Below, piece by piece: positions 1 through 9,371 of a stretch of DNA of 20,000 bases; position 1 is the first letter of the stretch; each line of letters begins with the position of its first letter. The translations under genes and the position numbers were made by a program. The notes below the pieces were generated by a model, which saw only the letters and a list, made by a program, of their open reading frames with translations, did not search any database and was not told the origin of the DNA. The stretch is taken from the sequence record DRR378314_213. One strand, 5' to 3'.

Positions 1-1
1 C

Positions 2-301
2 GTGACGGCAGAACAGAAAATTGTCGTCGGGGATCAGTATAAAGCCAAATTGGTTGTTATGAATATTGGCGATACCTTTACCACAGGGCCGAAGGAAGCT
101 GCCTATGTGATCAATGACCTGATCAAACCGGCATCTGTCATTATCTCTCATGCCAATGAGCCTGCAACAAAAGACGGGAAGGTGATTGCGGGGACCCGCT
201 CGGAAGAATTCATGAAGATGAGTTCGGTGCCAGCCTACTTGCCGCTGAGCGGGGTAACACTGTCATTCGATGATGCTGGAAAATGTGTGTCCGGTTGTTA
301 A
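2..301 (+). CDS. C-terminal part of a probable metallo-beta-lactamase-fold (metal-dependent) hydrolase; 5' end outside the window
   Basis: Open frame from the window edge. LVVMNIGDTFTTGPKEAA...IKPASVIISHANE resembles the C-terminal half of MBL-fold hydrolases; ends GKCVSGC. Confidence 0.6.
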   Translation: MTAEQKIVVGDQYKAKLVVMNIGDTFTTGPKEAAYVINDLIKPASVIISHANEPATKDGKVIAGTRSEEFMKMSSVPAYLPLSGVTLSFDDAGKCVSGC

Positions 302-319
302 GAAACTGACGTAAATCTT

Positions 320-349
320 TGAAAGCGCTGGTGGTATCCAGCGCTTTCA
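320..349. terminator. Probable bidirectional intrinsic terminator between convergent genes
   Basis: Perfect 12-bp inverted repeat TGAAAGCGCTGG-tggtat-CCAGCGCTTTCA followed by TTTT on +, between stops at 301 (+) and 355 (-). Confidence 0.75.
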
Positions 350-354
350 TTTTG

Positions 355-1155
355 TCAGACCCGCCATTTCAAGAATGTTTTTTCCGCCCGGCCAATGAGC
401 CAGCTTACCAGAAGGCCCATAATTGAGAGAATAGTCACACCGGCTACCAACTGATCCATCGCCATGAGGTTCCCCGCCAGAAGGATATAGGCGCCAATTC
501 CATATTCGGCCCCGATCATTTCCGCCGCAACCAGCAAAATAATCGCGATGGAGGCGGAAATTCGAAAGCCGGATAAAATCGCCGGCATGGCGCCAGGCAA
601 TATGATTTTCCAGACGATAGAGTGCCATTTCAGATTAAAAGATTGCCCCATCCGGATCAGGTTTCGATCGACATTGTCGATGCCGCCATATACCGCAATT
701 ACTGTCGGGAAGAAGGTGCCAAATAAAATAGTGGCGATTTTGGATTCTTCGCCGATGCCAAACCAGATAATAAACAGCGGTAGTAATGCAATTTTCGGAA
801 TTGGAAAAATCGCCGCTACCAGCGGAATAATCCCGCCTCTTGCCAATGTGAAAAGGCCCGCCGCCACGCCAAAAAGAATGCCAAGCAGGGATCCAAAGAA
901 CCAGCCCACGACAAGCCTTTGCAGGGATGCGGCCAAATGTTTGACGAGATCGCCGGAATTAAGAAGGTCTTTAAACGCTGTAAAGGCCTCTGACGGGGCG
1001 GGAAGAACAAGCGGGCTGATCCAGCCACTTCGCGAGCCCAGCTCCCAGATAGTGATCAAAACAGTGAATAAGATGGGGGCGACAATTCGCATGGGTTTTG
1101 GCCGAAAGCCGCCACCGCGATAGGGAACCGTATTTTTGGGGTTGGGATCAGCCAT
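355..1155 (-). CDS. ABC transporter permease, NitT/TauT (SsuC/TauC-like) family
   Basis: Multiple TM segments with LPAPSE, FPIPKIALLPLFIIWFGIGE and ILPGAMPAILSGFRIS...AAEMIGAEYGIG. Start placed at ATG 1155 (MADPNPK), overlapping the ATPase stop. Confidence 0.92.
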   Translation of the reverse strand: MADPNPKNTVPYRGGGFRPKPMRIVAPILFTVLITIWELGSRSGWISPLVLPAPSEAFTAFKDLLNSGDLVKHLAASLQRLVVGWFFGSLLGILFGVAAGLFTLARGGIIPLVAAIFPIPKIALLPLFIIWFGIGEESKIATILFGTFFPTVIAVYGGIDNVDRNLIRMGQSFNLKWHSIVWKIILPGAMPAILSGFRISASIAIILLVAAEMIGAEYGIGAYILLAGNLMAMDQLVAGVTILSIMGLLVSWLIGRAEKTFLKWRV

Positions 1156-1915
1156 GGACCAGCTCCATATCCGCAGCAACTGCTTCTTCGCGCATCAAGT
1201 CCCACAAATAGGATTGCTTGGTTGCCAGCAAATCCGGGTTGGCTTTTCGCTCATCCAGAGGAATATCAATTTCCACAATTTCCCGGATTGTACCGGGCCG
1301 CCGGGAGAGCACGATGATTTTATGGCCAAGGCGTACCGCTTCATTCAGGTTATGGGTGACATAACAGGCGGTGTAGCGCTCCTTCAGCCAAAGATCCATC
1401 AGATCATCCATCAACAGCTCACGGGTTTGGCTGTCAAGAGCGGAAAGGGGCTCATCCATTAACAGGCAGGCTGGCCGAACGGCAAGGGCTCGGGCAATGG
1501 CCACCCGCTGTTTCATGCCACCGGAAAGCTGTTTAGGCAGCGCATCCTTGAAATCGAATAGTTTGGTGCGCTTTAAGACATCATCTATGATCTGGTTGGC
1601 GTCGGCACCTTTAATGCCATGATCTTCTAACACCAGACTGACATTTCCCCGAACACTTCGCCACGGCAGAAGGGCAAAATCCTGAAAAATATAGGTGAGG
1701 GGGTTCAGGCAATCAGGCGGAGGGTTCCCCAGTTGAAAGACTTGCCCCTGATTGGGACGTTCCAGCCCACCCATAAATCGCAGAAGGGTTGATTTTCCAC
1801 AGCCGGAGGGTCCGATCAGACAGACGATTTCTCCGGTTTTGATGTGAAAACTGATGTCTTTCAGGACTTCCGTGCCGTCATAGGCATGGCTGACGGCATT
1901 AAGTTCAAGATCCAT
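1148..1915 (-). CDS. ABC transporter ATP-binding protein, NitT/TauT family
   Basis: Walker A GPSGCGKS, Q-loop FQDFALLPW, signature LSGGMKQR, Walker B LLMDEP, H-loop VTHN. Start placed at ATG 1915 (MDLELN). Confidence 0.95.
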   Translation of the reverse strand: MDLELNAVSHAYDGTEVLKDISFHIKTGEIVCLIGPSGCGKSTLLRFMGGLERPNQGQVFQLGNPPPDCLNPLTYIFQDFALLPWRSVRGNVSLVLEDHGIKGADANQIIDDVLKRTKLFDFKDALPKQLSGGMKQRVAIARALAVRPACLLMDEPLSALDSQTRELLMDDLMDLWLKERYTACYVTHNLNEAVRLGHKIIVLSRRPGTIREIVEIDIPLDERKANPDLLATKQSYLWDLMREEAVAADMELVHG

Positions 1916-1932
1916 GATACGCCTGTCGGTTA

Positions 1933-1955
1933 GCCGGGCGAGCAAGCCGCCCGGC
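1933..1955 (-). other. GC-rich intercistronic stem-loop after the substrate-binding gene (probable mRNA-stabilising or attenuating hairpin)
   Basis: GCCGGGCG-agcaagc-CGCCCGGC, a perfect 8-bp stem between the SBP stop (1972) and the ATPase start (1915); no U-tract on -. Confidence 0.55.
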
Positions 1956-1971
1956 ATCAACAAATAAAGAC

Positions 1972-3009
1972 TTAATTGATCGTGGAGACGAAGCTTGTAT
2001 CCACCATTTTATCAAGCGTGAGGCTTGCTGGTGCCAGTTTGTGTTTCTGGAACCATTTAAGCTGCTTTTCCACATCCTTGACATCAAGCGCTGCGCCTTC
2101 GTTCAAGTAGACCGCACCCGCTTTGATCGGCGGGGCCGCTTTTTCAATAGGACGATCTGCATAGACGTATTTATGGATCAGCTCGACCATGGCGTCAGTA
2201 GCTGCAGGGTCTTTATCTTGGTGCTGCATGACAGCGTCATAGTCCGCGATGCCTTTTGCATAAGCCTTCATAAAGCGGCTGACCAGGTCTTTGCGCTCAA
2301 CTGTGTTTTTCGTCGAGGTGAAGATTGTGGTGACTTGATAATCGGACATGTCTTGGATCTGGCCAATGATTTGGGCAGCTCCGCCTTTGGCGAGGGCTTT
2401 GGCAATATGCGGAACAATAGCCATGGCATCCACCTGACCGGATTTCAACGCGCCGATCATGGAGCCAACCTTTTGCAGGGGCTTGAGTTTCATGTCGCTG
2501 ATGTCAAAGCCGTTATTTTCCGCAATAAGACCCGCCATATAATGAAAGGAGGATCCTTGCTGTGTCATCGCCCAGCTTTTCCCTTTTAGGTCAGCCGCCG
2601 TTTTCAGACCCGCTTCATAAGCCTTGTTAGAAGCCAGAATAATATTGCCGGGCGCGCCTTTCTTCTCTGACATCATGCCGCCAATAACTTTCAGGGCACC
2701 TTTGTCGGCAAGGCTATAAAAGCCGCCACTGAGTGCAGTCACACCAAAGTCGATATCGCCCGATGCAATGGCAACAGCGATTGGTTGGGCTGCCTGGAAG
2801 AATTTCAGTTCAACATCCAGCCCTTCCTCTTTGAAATAGCCCTTTTCATAAGCAATAAAGGTCGGGGAATGAGAGGTGAAGCGAAGTGCGCCAATGGTAA
2901 TTTTATCAGCGGCAAGTGCCTGTCCGGCAAAAGCCGACAGTGCCGCTACACCGGCAATGGCGCCAAGCAGGGCCCGCCGTGTTACAGAGTTAAAAATTTT
3001 TGCTTTCAT
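1972..3009 (-). CDS. ABC transporter substrate-binding protein, SsuA/TauA/NMT1-like
   Basis: Signal peptide with TRRALL and an ALA cleavage site; FIAYEKGYFKEEGLDVEL, ASGDIDFG, DLKGK, ALKSGQVDA motifs. ATG 3009 preceded by AAGGGAG. Confidence 0.92.
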   Translation of the reverse strand: MKAKIFNSVTRRALLGAIAGVAALSAFAGQALAADKITIGALRFTSHSPTFIAYEKGYFKEEGLDVELKFFQAAQPIAVAIASGDIDFGVTALSGGFYSLADKGALKVIGGMMSEKKGAPGNIILASNKAYEAGLKTAADLKGKSWAMTQQGSSFHYMAGLIAENNGFDISDMKLKPLQKVGSMIGALKSGQVDAMAIVPHIAKALAKGGAAQIIGQIQDMSDYQVTTIFTSTKNTVERKDLVSRFMKAYAKGIADYDAVMQHQDKDPAATDAMVELIHKYVYADRPIEKAAPPIKAGAVYLNEGAALDVKDVEKQLKWFQKHKLAPASLTLDKMVDTSFVSTIN

Positions 3010-3018
3010 AGGTGAGTT

Positions 3019-3125
3019 CTCCCTTACATTGAAACTGTTTTTTCGGAAGGTACGCGATTGCTGGAAACCAATCAATCCAGAACAACACGAGTGGCTTGAA
3101 AAATGCAGATTTCAGCGTAAGGGAG
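3019..3125 (-). promoter_or_regulatory. 107-nt imperfect palindrome whose 3' arm (on -) contains the SBP Shine-Dalgarno sequence
   Basis: Outer arms CTCCCTTACattGAAA (3019-3034) / TTTCagcGTAAGGGAG (3110-3125); inner pairs CTG/CAG, TTTTTC/GAAAAA, TTG/CAA, CTGGA/TCCAG. Confidence 0.45.
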
Positions 3126-3136
3126 GGGTATGCCTG

Positions 3137-3895
3137 TCAGGTTTTGTTTATGGAGTTGCCGCCATCGACGATAAACGGACTGCCGGTTACAAAACTGGAT
3201 AAATCAGACATGAGGAAAAGGGCGGCATTGGCGATTTCAGTAGGCTCAGCAATTCTTTTTAAGGCATGAAGGCTTTCAAGAAAGGCTTTGTGGTCCGGGT
3301 TGGTGTCGATATCGCCAGCCATAGGCGTATTTGTGCCACCTGGCAGCATTGCGGTGACGCGGATATTATCAGCGCCATGCTCAATGGCCAATGTCTGTGC
3401 AAGTCCGATCAAACCTGCTTTGGCTGCGGCATAGGCGCCCATTCCCGGAAACGAGGCAGTGGTGCCCACAAAGCTGGAGGTGAACACCATAGAACCCCCT
3501 TCGGCTTTCAGGGCTGGGATCTGATGCTTCGCAAGATAAAAGGCACTGTCCAGATTTGTGACGAGCGTATGCCGCCAGTTTTCTGCACTCATGTTTTCTA
3601 TGGGACCCGGATTTCCCATTGTTCCGGCATTGTTAAAAGCTCCGTTCAGATGTCCATAGGTGGAGCAGGCCAGATTGACAAGTTTGCGTGCATATTCCTC
3701 CGATGTGACATCACCGGCGAGAAAAACAGCATTTCCATTGTCATCTAGTATCTTTTGAGAAATCAGCGCCAACTCTTCTGAACGGCGGGCGCCTAACGTC
3801 AGATTGGCGCCGTGCCTGGCGAAAAGGCGGGCTGTAGCAGCACCAATTCCACTGCTCGCGCCGGTAATGATGATCGATTTATCTTTAAGTAACAT
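3137..3895 (-). CDS. Classical short-chain dehydrogenase/reductase (SDR)
   Basis: TGASSGIG cofactor motif, NNAG, catalytic YAAAK, C-terminal VTGSPFIVDGG; GGAGG SD upstream. Confidence 0.95.
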   Translation of the reverse strand: MLLKDKSIIITGASSGIGAATARLFARHGANLTLGARRSEELALISQKILDDNGNAVFLAGDVTSEEYARKLVNLACSTYGHLNGAFNNAGTMGNPGPIENMSAENWRHTLVTNLDSAFYLAKHQIPALKAEGGSMVFTSSFVGTTASFPGMGAYAAAKAGLIGLAQTLAIEHGADNIRVTAMLPGGTNTPMAGDIDTNPDHKAFLESLHALKRIAEPTEIANAALFLMSDLSSFVTGSPFIVDGGNSINKT

Positions 3896-3981
3896 CGGGA
3901 TTTTCCTCCATCCATTCGGTTAGGGGGAAAGCATAGAAACAGGCTCAATCTGTCACTATCCGAAAGCCGCGCAGCAATTTT

Positions 3982-4431
3982 TCAAAGGGGGAGTGCCGTC
4001 GTAAATTTAATTTCTTCCATGGCAAAGTTGCTGCTCACATCACTGAGTTCAATGGATTGGATCAGGCGCCTGTAAAAGCCGTCATAGCTGGCAATATCCG
4101 GCACCACGACTTTTAACAGGTAATCGACGTCGCCGCTCATCCGATAGAATTCTGTAATTTCAGGGAACCGTTCTACCACTTGTGCAAATTTTTCAAGCCA
4201 GTCGGGTTCATGGGAAGCTGTTTTGACATTTACAAAAACCGTCACGGGTAGGCCAATTTTTTCCCGGTTCAAAAGCGTGACGCTGGATTTAATAATCCCG
4301 ACTTGTTCCATGGATTTGATCCGCCGCCAGCACGCCGTTCGCGAACAGCCGACTTTTTCCGCCAACTGATTAACCGGGATCTGATTATTATTTTGCAGGT
4401 AATTAAGAATTTTTCGATCAATAGCGTCCAT
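3982..4431 (-). CDS. Lrp/AsnC-family transcriptional regulator, DecR (YbaO)-like subgroup
   Basis: N-terminal HTH DAIDRKIL...LAEKVG..TACWRRIK. C-terminal YRMSGDVDYLLKVVVPDIASYDGFYRRLI...DVSSNFAMEEIKFTTALPL closely parallels E. coli DecR as I recall it. Confidence 0.9.
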   Translation of the reverse strand: MDAIDRKILNYLQNNNQIPVNQLAEKVGCSRTACWRRIKSMEQVGIIKSSVTLLNREKIGLPVTVFVNVKTASHEPDWLEKFAQVVERFPEITEFYRMSGDVDYLLKVVVPDIASYDGFYRRLIQSIELSDVSSNFAMEEIKFTTALPL

Positions 4432-4493
4432 GGAAAAAAACCCATATTATTTAAATTAATAAAACAAACGTTTCGCAATATAGATAAAGTGTG

Positions 4494-4523
4494 GGAATTT
4501 TGGAAATTAATTCCTCTAATTTC
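4494..4523. promoter_or_regulatory. Candidate operator in the AT-rich divergent intergenic region
   Basis: Overlapping inverted repeats GGAATT-N9-AATTCC (4494-4514), GGAA-N5-TTCC (4502-4514) and GAAATTA-N7-TAATTTC (4503-4523). Confidence 0.3.
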
Positions 4524-4574
4524 GCGGCATGCTGTTCCTCAGTCGTCACAACGAAGAGAAAAAGGGGATAGTTG

Positions 4575-4853
4575 ATGAAAGTGATCCGCGCGCATTTTAC
4601 GGACCATCCGGCTTCTGTAAATGAAACCTATCTGGAGCATATGGCCATGTCTGCCGGTTTTGGCAGGGCTTTGCTGGTCGCAACTGCTTGTGCGTTCGTT
4701 CACGCGATATTTCCATTTCTGTTTGAGAAAACAGCAAGCGGGATCATTAATCAATTGCATTCCCGGATGGTGACAAACCGCCTTTTGAAGACGGCAAAAA
4801 GTCACGATGCGGAGATGGTTCGAAAAGCAACAGCAGGCGTCTATTATATCTAA
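4575..4853 (+). CDS. Small conserved hypothetical protein, DUF6356-like
   Basis: FTDHPASVNETYLEH...ACAFVHAIFPFLFEKTAS motif with a hydrophobic core; AAAGGGGA SD before ATG 4575. Confidence 0.75.
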   Translation: MKVIRAHFTDHPASVNETYLEHMAMSAGFGRALLVATACAFVHAIFPFLFEKTASGIINQLHSRMVTNRLLKTAKSHDAEMVRKATAGVYYI

Positions 4854-4892
4854 AGGCAAGACCAATTGGGCTCATCGGGCATGTGAAAGCCA

Positions 4893-4921
4893 TTGACCCG
4901 ATCCTTGGTTATGCGCATAAC
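4893..4921 (+). promoter_or_regulatory. Putative sigma70 promoter for trkH
   Basis: TTGACC (4893-4898) - 17 nt - CATAAC (4916-4921). Confidence 0.45.
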
Positions 4922-4985
4922 TTCCCCTCAGGAACTCAGAAACTGGGGAATGGGTGAATTGTCTGAAGGACAGTCACGAGGGTGA

Positions 4986-6398
4986 ATGCGACCAATCCTT
5001 TTTGTAAACGGTGCCGTTTTGGCAATTATATCTCTGCCGCTTCTGGTGATCGAGATGTTGAACCCTGGCGCCGATTTACCTTTCTTGAAAGCGTTTGGGG
5101 TTATTGTATTCCTGGGTCTGGGGCTGATGTTGGCATCCCGCGGCGGCCGTATTGAATTTACCCATAAGCAGATTTTTATCCTGACGGCCTCAATCTGGGT
5201 GGTGTTGACATTCGCAGCGACCTTGCCCTTTTACCTTTATGGCATGCGATTGCCTGATGCCGTTTTTGAGGCGTCTTCAGGGATTACGACGACAGGAGCC
5301 ACGGTGCTTTCGGGTCTGGATGATTTGCCCCATAGTATTCTGATGTGGCGCGCCTTTTTGCAATGGCTCGGCGGAATCGGGATTGTGGTGACAGCAATTG
5401 CGCTGCTGCCTTTCCTCGGGATTGGGGGGATGCAGCTGTTTCGGTCAGAAAGCTCTGAACTTTCTGAAAAGGAGCTTCCCTCAGCCGCAAAACTGGCAAG
5501 TACCACCTTATGGGTTTATTCGGCAATGACACTGGCCTGCGCCATTGCCTATATTTGGGGCGGGATGACAGTCTTTGATGGGATTGCCCATGCGTTCACC
5601 ACCGTTGCGACGGGTGGATATTCGACCCATGATAAATCCTTCGGTTTTTTTGATAGCGCCTGGATTCAATGGACCTGTATCATCTTTATGTATCTGGGAA
5701 GTTTGCCTTTCCTTTGGTATATTCGTGTTCTTCGTACCCGCCAGCTGTGGAGCGAGCAGGTTACGGTTTACAGTGTTGGTCTGGTTGTCGTGATCGTTGT
5801 TCTGGTGCTTTGGTTGATCCATGGACATGACATCGAAACTGAAGTTGCCATCCGCCAATCGGCGTTCAGCGTTGTATCAGTAGTCACGACAAGCGGATTT
5901 GCGGTTACGGATTACACACAATGGGGGCATTTCTCTGTCGCCCTGTTTTTCTTTTTGATCTTTATTGGCGGCTGCACCGGTTCCACATCAGGCGGGATCA
6001 AAATCATGCGCTTTATCATCAGCGCCAAGATGATCCGCCAAATAGTTCGAAAACAGATTTATCCAAACGGGATTTTCTCTGAAAAATACGATGGCAAGAA
6101 AATCTCGGACAATGTGTTTAAGGGGGTTGCCAGCTTTGTGCTGGTGATCGTCCTGACCTTTATCTTCTTTGCCATGCTGCTCATGATCTCAGGGTTGGAT
6201 TTTGTCACCAGTTTAAGTGCATCTGCCGCTGCGGTCACCAATGTGGGGCCGGGTGTTGGGCATATGATCGGGCCTGTTGGAAACTATTCCGAGGTGCATG
6301 ATCTGGCTAAGTGGGTTTTATCCTTTGAAATGATACTGGGGCGGCTTGAAATTTTCACACTCCTGATTTTTTTGTCCCCCGGCTTTTGGCGGAGTTAA
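4986..6398 (+). CDS. trkH: Trk-system potassium uptake membrane protein
   Basis: FEASSGITTTGAT, QWLGGIG, VATGGYS, VTTSGF, GGCTGSTSGGIK loop, TNVGPG and terminal MILGRLEI; many TM helices. Confidence 0.93.
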   Translation: MRPILFVNGAVLAIISLPLLVIEMLNPGADLPFLKAFGVIVFLGLGLMLASRGGRIEFTHKQIFILTASIWVVLTFAATLPFYLYGMRLPDAVFEASSGITTTGATVLSGLDDLPHSILMWRAFLQWLGGIGIVVTAIALLPFLGIGGMQLFRSESSELSEKELPSAAKLASTTLWVYSAMTLACAIAYIWGGMTVFDGIAHAFTTVATGGYSTHDKSFGFFDSAWIQWTCIIFMYLGSLPFLWYIRVLRTRQLWSEQVTVYSVGLVVVIVVLVLWLIHGHDIETEVAIRQSAFSVVSVVTTSGFAVTDYTQWGHFSVALFFFLIFIGGCTGSTSGGIKIMRFIISAKMIRQIVRKQIYPNGIFSEKYDGKKISDNVFKGVASFVLVIVLTFIFFAMLLMISGLDFVTSLSASAAAVTNVGPGVGHMIGPVGNYSEVHDLAKWVLSFEMILGRLEIFTLLIFLSPGFWRS

Positions 6399-6450
6399 TG
6401 AAGGGGCCGATCGAGATGCAGGAAAAGCCGTTTTTCGCAGTTGCAATAGG

Positions 6451-6479
6451 TTGCTAAGACCCGCAATATCTTGTAGAAC
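6451..6479 (+). promoter_or_regulatory. Putative sigma70 promoter for the gyrA cluster
   Basis: TTGCTA (6451-6456) - 17 nt - TAGAAC (6474-6479), about 100 nt before the gyrA TTG. Confidence 0.35.
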
Positions 6480-6578
6480 TTGTTTCAGCAGACTGCAATA
6501 TGGCGGGATGCATATAAGTATAAAGATTTCGGTTTTTGATCCCTCTGATCAAGATCAGTCAACATTTGGAAGTGTGCC

Positions 6579-9311
6579 TTGAACGACATTACTCTGCCTC
6601 CGAGCGATAAAGACATCGTCCCCGTTACAATTGAAGAGGAAATGCGCAAGTCCTATTTGGACTATGCCATGAGTGTTATCGTATCCCGTGCGTTGCCGGA
6701 TGCCCGAGATGGGCTGAAGCCAGTGCATCGGCGGATCATTTATGCCATGTATGAAAATGGCTATACCTCCGACAAGCAATTCAGAAAATCTGCCCGTGTG
6801 GTCGGTGATGTGATGGGTCGGTATCACCCCCATGGTGACAGCGCCATTTATGATGCTATGGTCCGCCTGGCACAAAGCTTTTCCATGCGCTTGCCCTTGG
6901 TTGAGGGGCAGGGGAATTTCGGCTCCATGGACGGCGATAAAGCCGCTGCCATGCGGTATACGGAAGCCCGTCTTGAAAAAGCTGCAGAAAGTCTGATTGA
7001 TGATATCGACAAGGAAACTGTCGATTTTGCCAATAACTATGATGATTCCGAAACCGAACCGACAGTTTTGCCAGCGCGATACCCAAATCTTCTGGTCAAT
7101 GGGGCCGGCGGTATTGCTGTGGGGATGGCAACAAATATTCCGCCGCATAACCTGGGGGAAGTTATTGATGCGTCTCTGGCATTGCTGGAAAAGCCAGAAC
7201 TGGCGCCTGAAGATCTAATTGAGTATGTTCCGGGCCCTGATTTTCCAACTGGCGGTGTGATCCTGGGCCGATCCGGTTCCATAAGTGCGTTGTCCACCGG
7301 ACGTGGGTCCGTGATTATGCGGGCTAAGGTAGATATTGAGGAAATTCGCAAAGATCGTCAGGCTTTGATCGTTACGGAAATTCCCTATCAGGTTAATAAA
7401 TCCCGCCTTGTTGAGCAGATTGCCGATCTGGTGCGCGCCAAGAAAATCGAAGGAATTGGCGATCTTCGCGATGAATCGGATCGCCATGGTGTACGGGTGG
7501 TGATCGAGATTAAACGCGATGCCATGGCAGAGGTGGTGTTGAACCAGCTCTACCGCTACACCTATCTTCAGACCTCATTTGGTGCCAATATGCTGGCCCT
7601 TAACCGCGGAAAGCCGGAAATGATGAACCTTAAGCAATTGCTTGAGGCATTCCTGGATTTCCGTGAAGAGGTTGTGACCCGCCGGACGAAGTTTTTGCTC
7701 CGTAAAGCGCGGGAACGGGCCCATGTTTTGATCGGTCTGGCGATTGCTGTTGCCAATATTGATGAAATTATTCACCTGATCCGGAACGCGCCTGATCCCG
7801 CGACGGCAAGGGCCGGGTTGATGGGCCGTGATTGGCCTGCGCAGGCGGTTGAATCGCTGATCCGCCTGGTGGATGATCCTGAATACCCGATTAACGAAGA
7901 TGGAACCTATCGTCTGTCTGAATTCCAGGCTAGGGCCATTCTGGACCTCCGGCTGCAACGTCTGACAGCGTTGGGTCAAAATGAAATCGGTGATGAGCTG
8001 AAAGGCCTCGGTGAACAGATTCTGGATTATCTGGAAATCCTGTCCAGCCGGGTTCGTCTGGTCGGTATTATCCGTGACGAACTTCTGGAGATGCGGGAAA
8101 AATATGCAACCCCGCGCCGAACTGTCATCGAGGAAAATGAATTTGAGCATGACATTGAAGACCTGATCCAACGAGAGGATATGGTTCTGACCGTCAGCCA
8201 CAAGGGGTATATCAAGCGGGTTCCGCTGTCGACCTATCGGCCGCAACGCCGGGGTGGTAAAGGTCGGGCCGGGATGCAGACCCGGGATGAGGATTTTGTA
8301 ACACGGGTCTTTGTGGTGAATACCCATATGCCGGTTCTGTTCTTCTCCTCCTTCGGTCGGGTCTACAAGATGAAGGTTTATCGCTTGCCTGTGGGCTCAC
8401 CTCAGAGCCTTGGTAAAGCAATCATCAACCTGTTGCCGCTTGAAGATGGTGAGTTTATCTCAACGCTGATGCCGTTGCCCGAGGAAGAGGAAACCTGGAA
8501 CGATTTCGAGGTTATGTTCGCCACCAGCAAAGGTAATGTGCGCCGGAACCGTCTGAGTGATTTCTCCAATGTGAAATCCAACGGCAAGATTGCCATGAAA
8601 CTGGATGATGATGACAGCCTTGTCGGTGTGCAGCTTTGTACGGAAGCCTCTGACGTGCTGCTGGCTGCAGCCGGCGGCAAATGTATCCGTTTCCAGGCAA
8701 CAGATGTACGGCTCTTTAAAGGTCGGGACTCCACCGGTGTTCGGGGTATGAGACTTGCCAAAGGAGACCGTGTTATCGGGATGTCCGTCCTTGGCCATGT
8801 GGATGTTGAGACTGAACAGCGGGATGCTTACCTTAAGGCGCGCCGTTCCGAAGATGAAGACGGGAATGTCACGGATTATGCGGGCTTGAGCGAAGAGCGC
8901 TATCAGGAACTTTATGATCGTGAGGAGGTTCTGTTGTCCATTACTGAAAATGGCTATGGCAAACGGACCAATGCTTATGAATACCGGGTAACCAACAGGG
9001 GTGGTCAGGGTATCATCAATATTGAGACTTCGGCCCGCAACGGGGACGTGGTCGCAACGATGCCAATTACGCCAGAGCATCAGATCATGTTGGTGACCAA
9101 TGGCGGTAAACTGATCCGGACATCCGTTCAGGATATTAGAATTGCGGGCCGAAATACGCAGGGTGTAACCCTGTTCAAGACAGCCGCAGAAGAAAAGGTC
9201 GTTTCCGTGACAGCATTGATGGATGCTCAAGCGGAGGAAGATGATCTTGAGGAAGGTGACGCACCAGAGGAAGGTGTCGAGAATTCCGATCAACAGGACG
9301 GGGATACCTGA
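6579..9311 (+). CDS. gyrA: DNA gyrase subunit A
   Basis: [27 protein letters not shown], catalytic AAMRYTE, GyrA-box QRRGGKG (distinguishes it from ParC), beta-pinwheel repeats, acidic tail; TTG start. Confidence 0.98.
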   Translation: MNDITLPPSDKDIVPVTIEEEMRKSYLDYAMSVIVSRALPDARDGLKPVHRRIIYAMYENGYTSDKQFRKSARVVGDVMGRYHPHGDSAIYDAMVRLAQSFSMRLPLVEGQGNFGSMDGDKAAAMRYTEARLEKAAESLIDDIDKETVDFANNYDDSETEPTVLPARYPNLLVNGAGGIAVGMATNIPPHNLGEVIDASLALLEKPELAPEDLIEYVPGPDFPTGGVILGRSGSISALSTGRGSVIMRAKVDIEEIRKDRQALIVTEIPYQVNKSRLVEQIADLVRAKKIEGIGDLRDESDRHGVRVVIEIKRDAMAEVVLNQLYRYTYLQTSFGANMLALNRGKPEMMNLKQLLEAFLDFREEVVTRRTKFLLRKARERAHVLIGLAIAVANIDEIIHLIRNAPDPATARAGLMGRDWPAQAVESLIRLVDDPEYPINEDGTYRLSEFQARAILDLRLQRLTALGQNEIGDELKGLGEQILDYLEILSSRVRLVGIIRDELLEMREKYATPRRTVIEENEFEHDIEDLIQREDMVLTVSHKGYIKRVPLSTYRPQRRGGKGRAGMQTRDEDFVTRVFVVNTHMPVLFFSSFGRVYKMKVYRLPVGSPQSLGKAIINLLPLEDGEFISTLMPLPEEEETWNDFEVMFATSKGNVRRNRLSDFSNVKSNGKIAMKLDDDDSLVGVQLCTEASDVLLAAAGGKCIRFQATDVRLFKGRDSTGVRGMRLAKGDRVIGMSVLGHVDVETEQRDAYLKARRSEDEDGNVTDYAGLSEERYQELYDREEVLLSITENGYGKRTNAYEYRVTNRGGQGIINIETSARNGDVVATMPITPEHQIMLVTNGGKLIRTSVQDIRIAGRNTQGVTLFKTAAEEKVVSVTALMDAQAEEDDLEEGDAPEEGVENSDQQDGDT

Positions 9312-9371
9312 AACCAGGGTCCCCAGATCAAAAGCTAACGGAGAAATAGCAAGTCTGAAAGGAAACACTTT

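Noticed and set aside
3010-3136. TPP riboswitch, 6S RNA or SRP RNA upstream of the NMT1/SsuA-like SBP
   Set aside because: It lacks the CUGAGA and CCUGAU TPP cores and the SRP GGAA-loop/AGCAG motif. It is short for 6S and not in the usual zapA-ygfA context.
6441-6507. GCAATA x3 and CCCGCAATAT/ATATGGCGGG inverted pair upstream of gyrA
   Set aside because: Short, irregularly spaced and matching no motif I recognise; cannot be separated from chance.
6820-6860. Quinolone-resistance substitution in GyrA
   Set aside because: The QRDR reads [10 protein letters not shown], with Ser and Asp at the positions equivalent to E. coli 83 and 87 (wild type).
8795-8930. Acidic insertion in the GyrA C-terminal domain (possible intein or repeat insertion)
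   Set aside because: It is short, has no intein splice motifs, and resembles the insertion usual in alphaproteobacterial GyrA.
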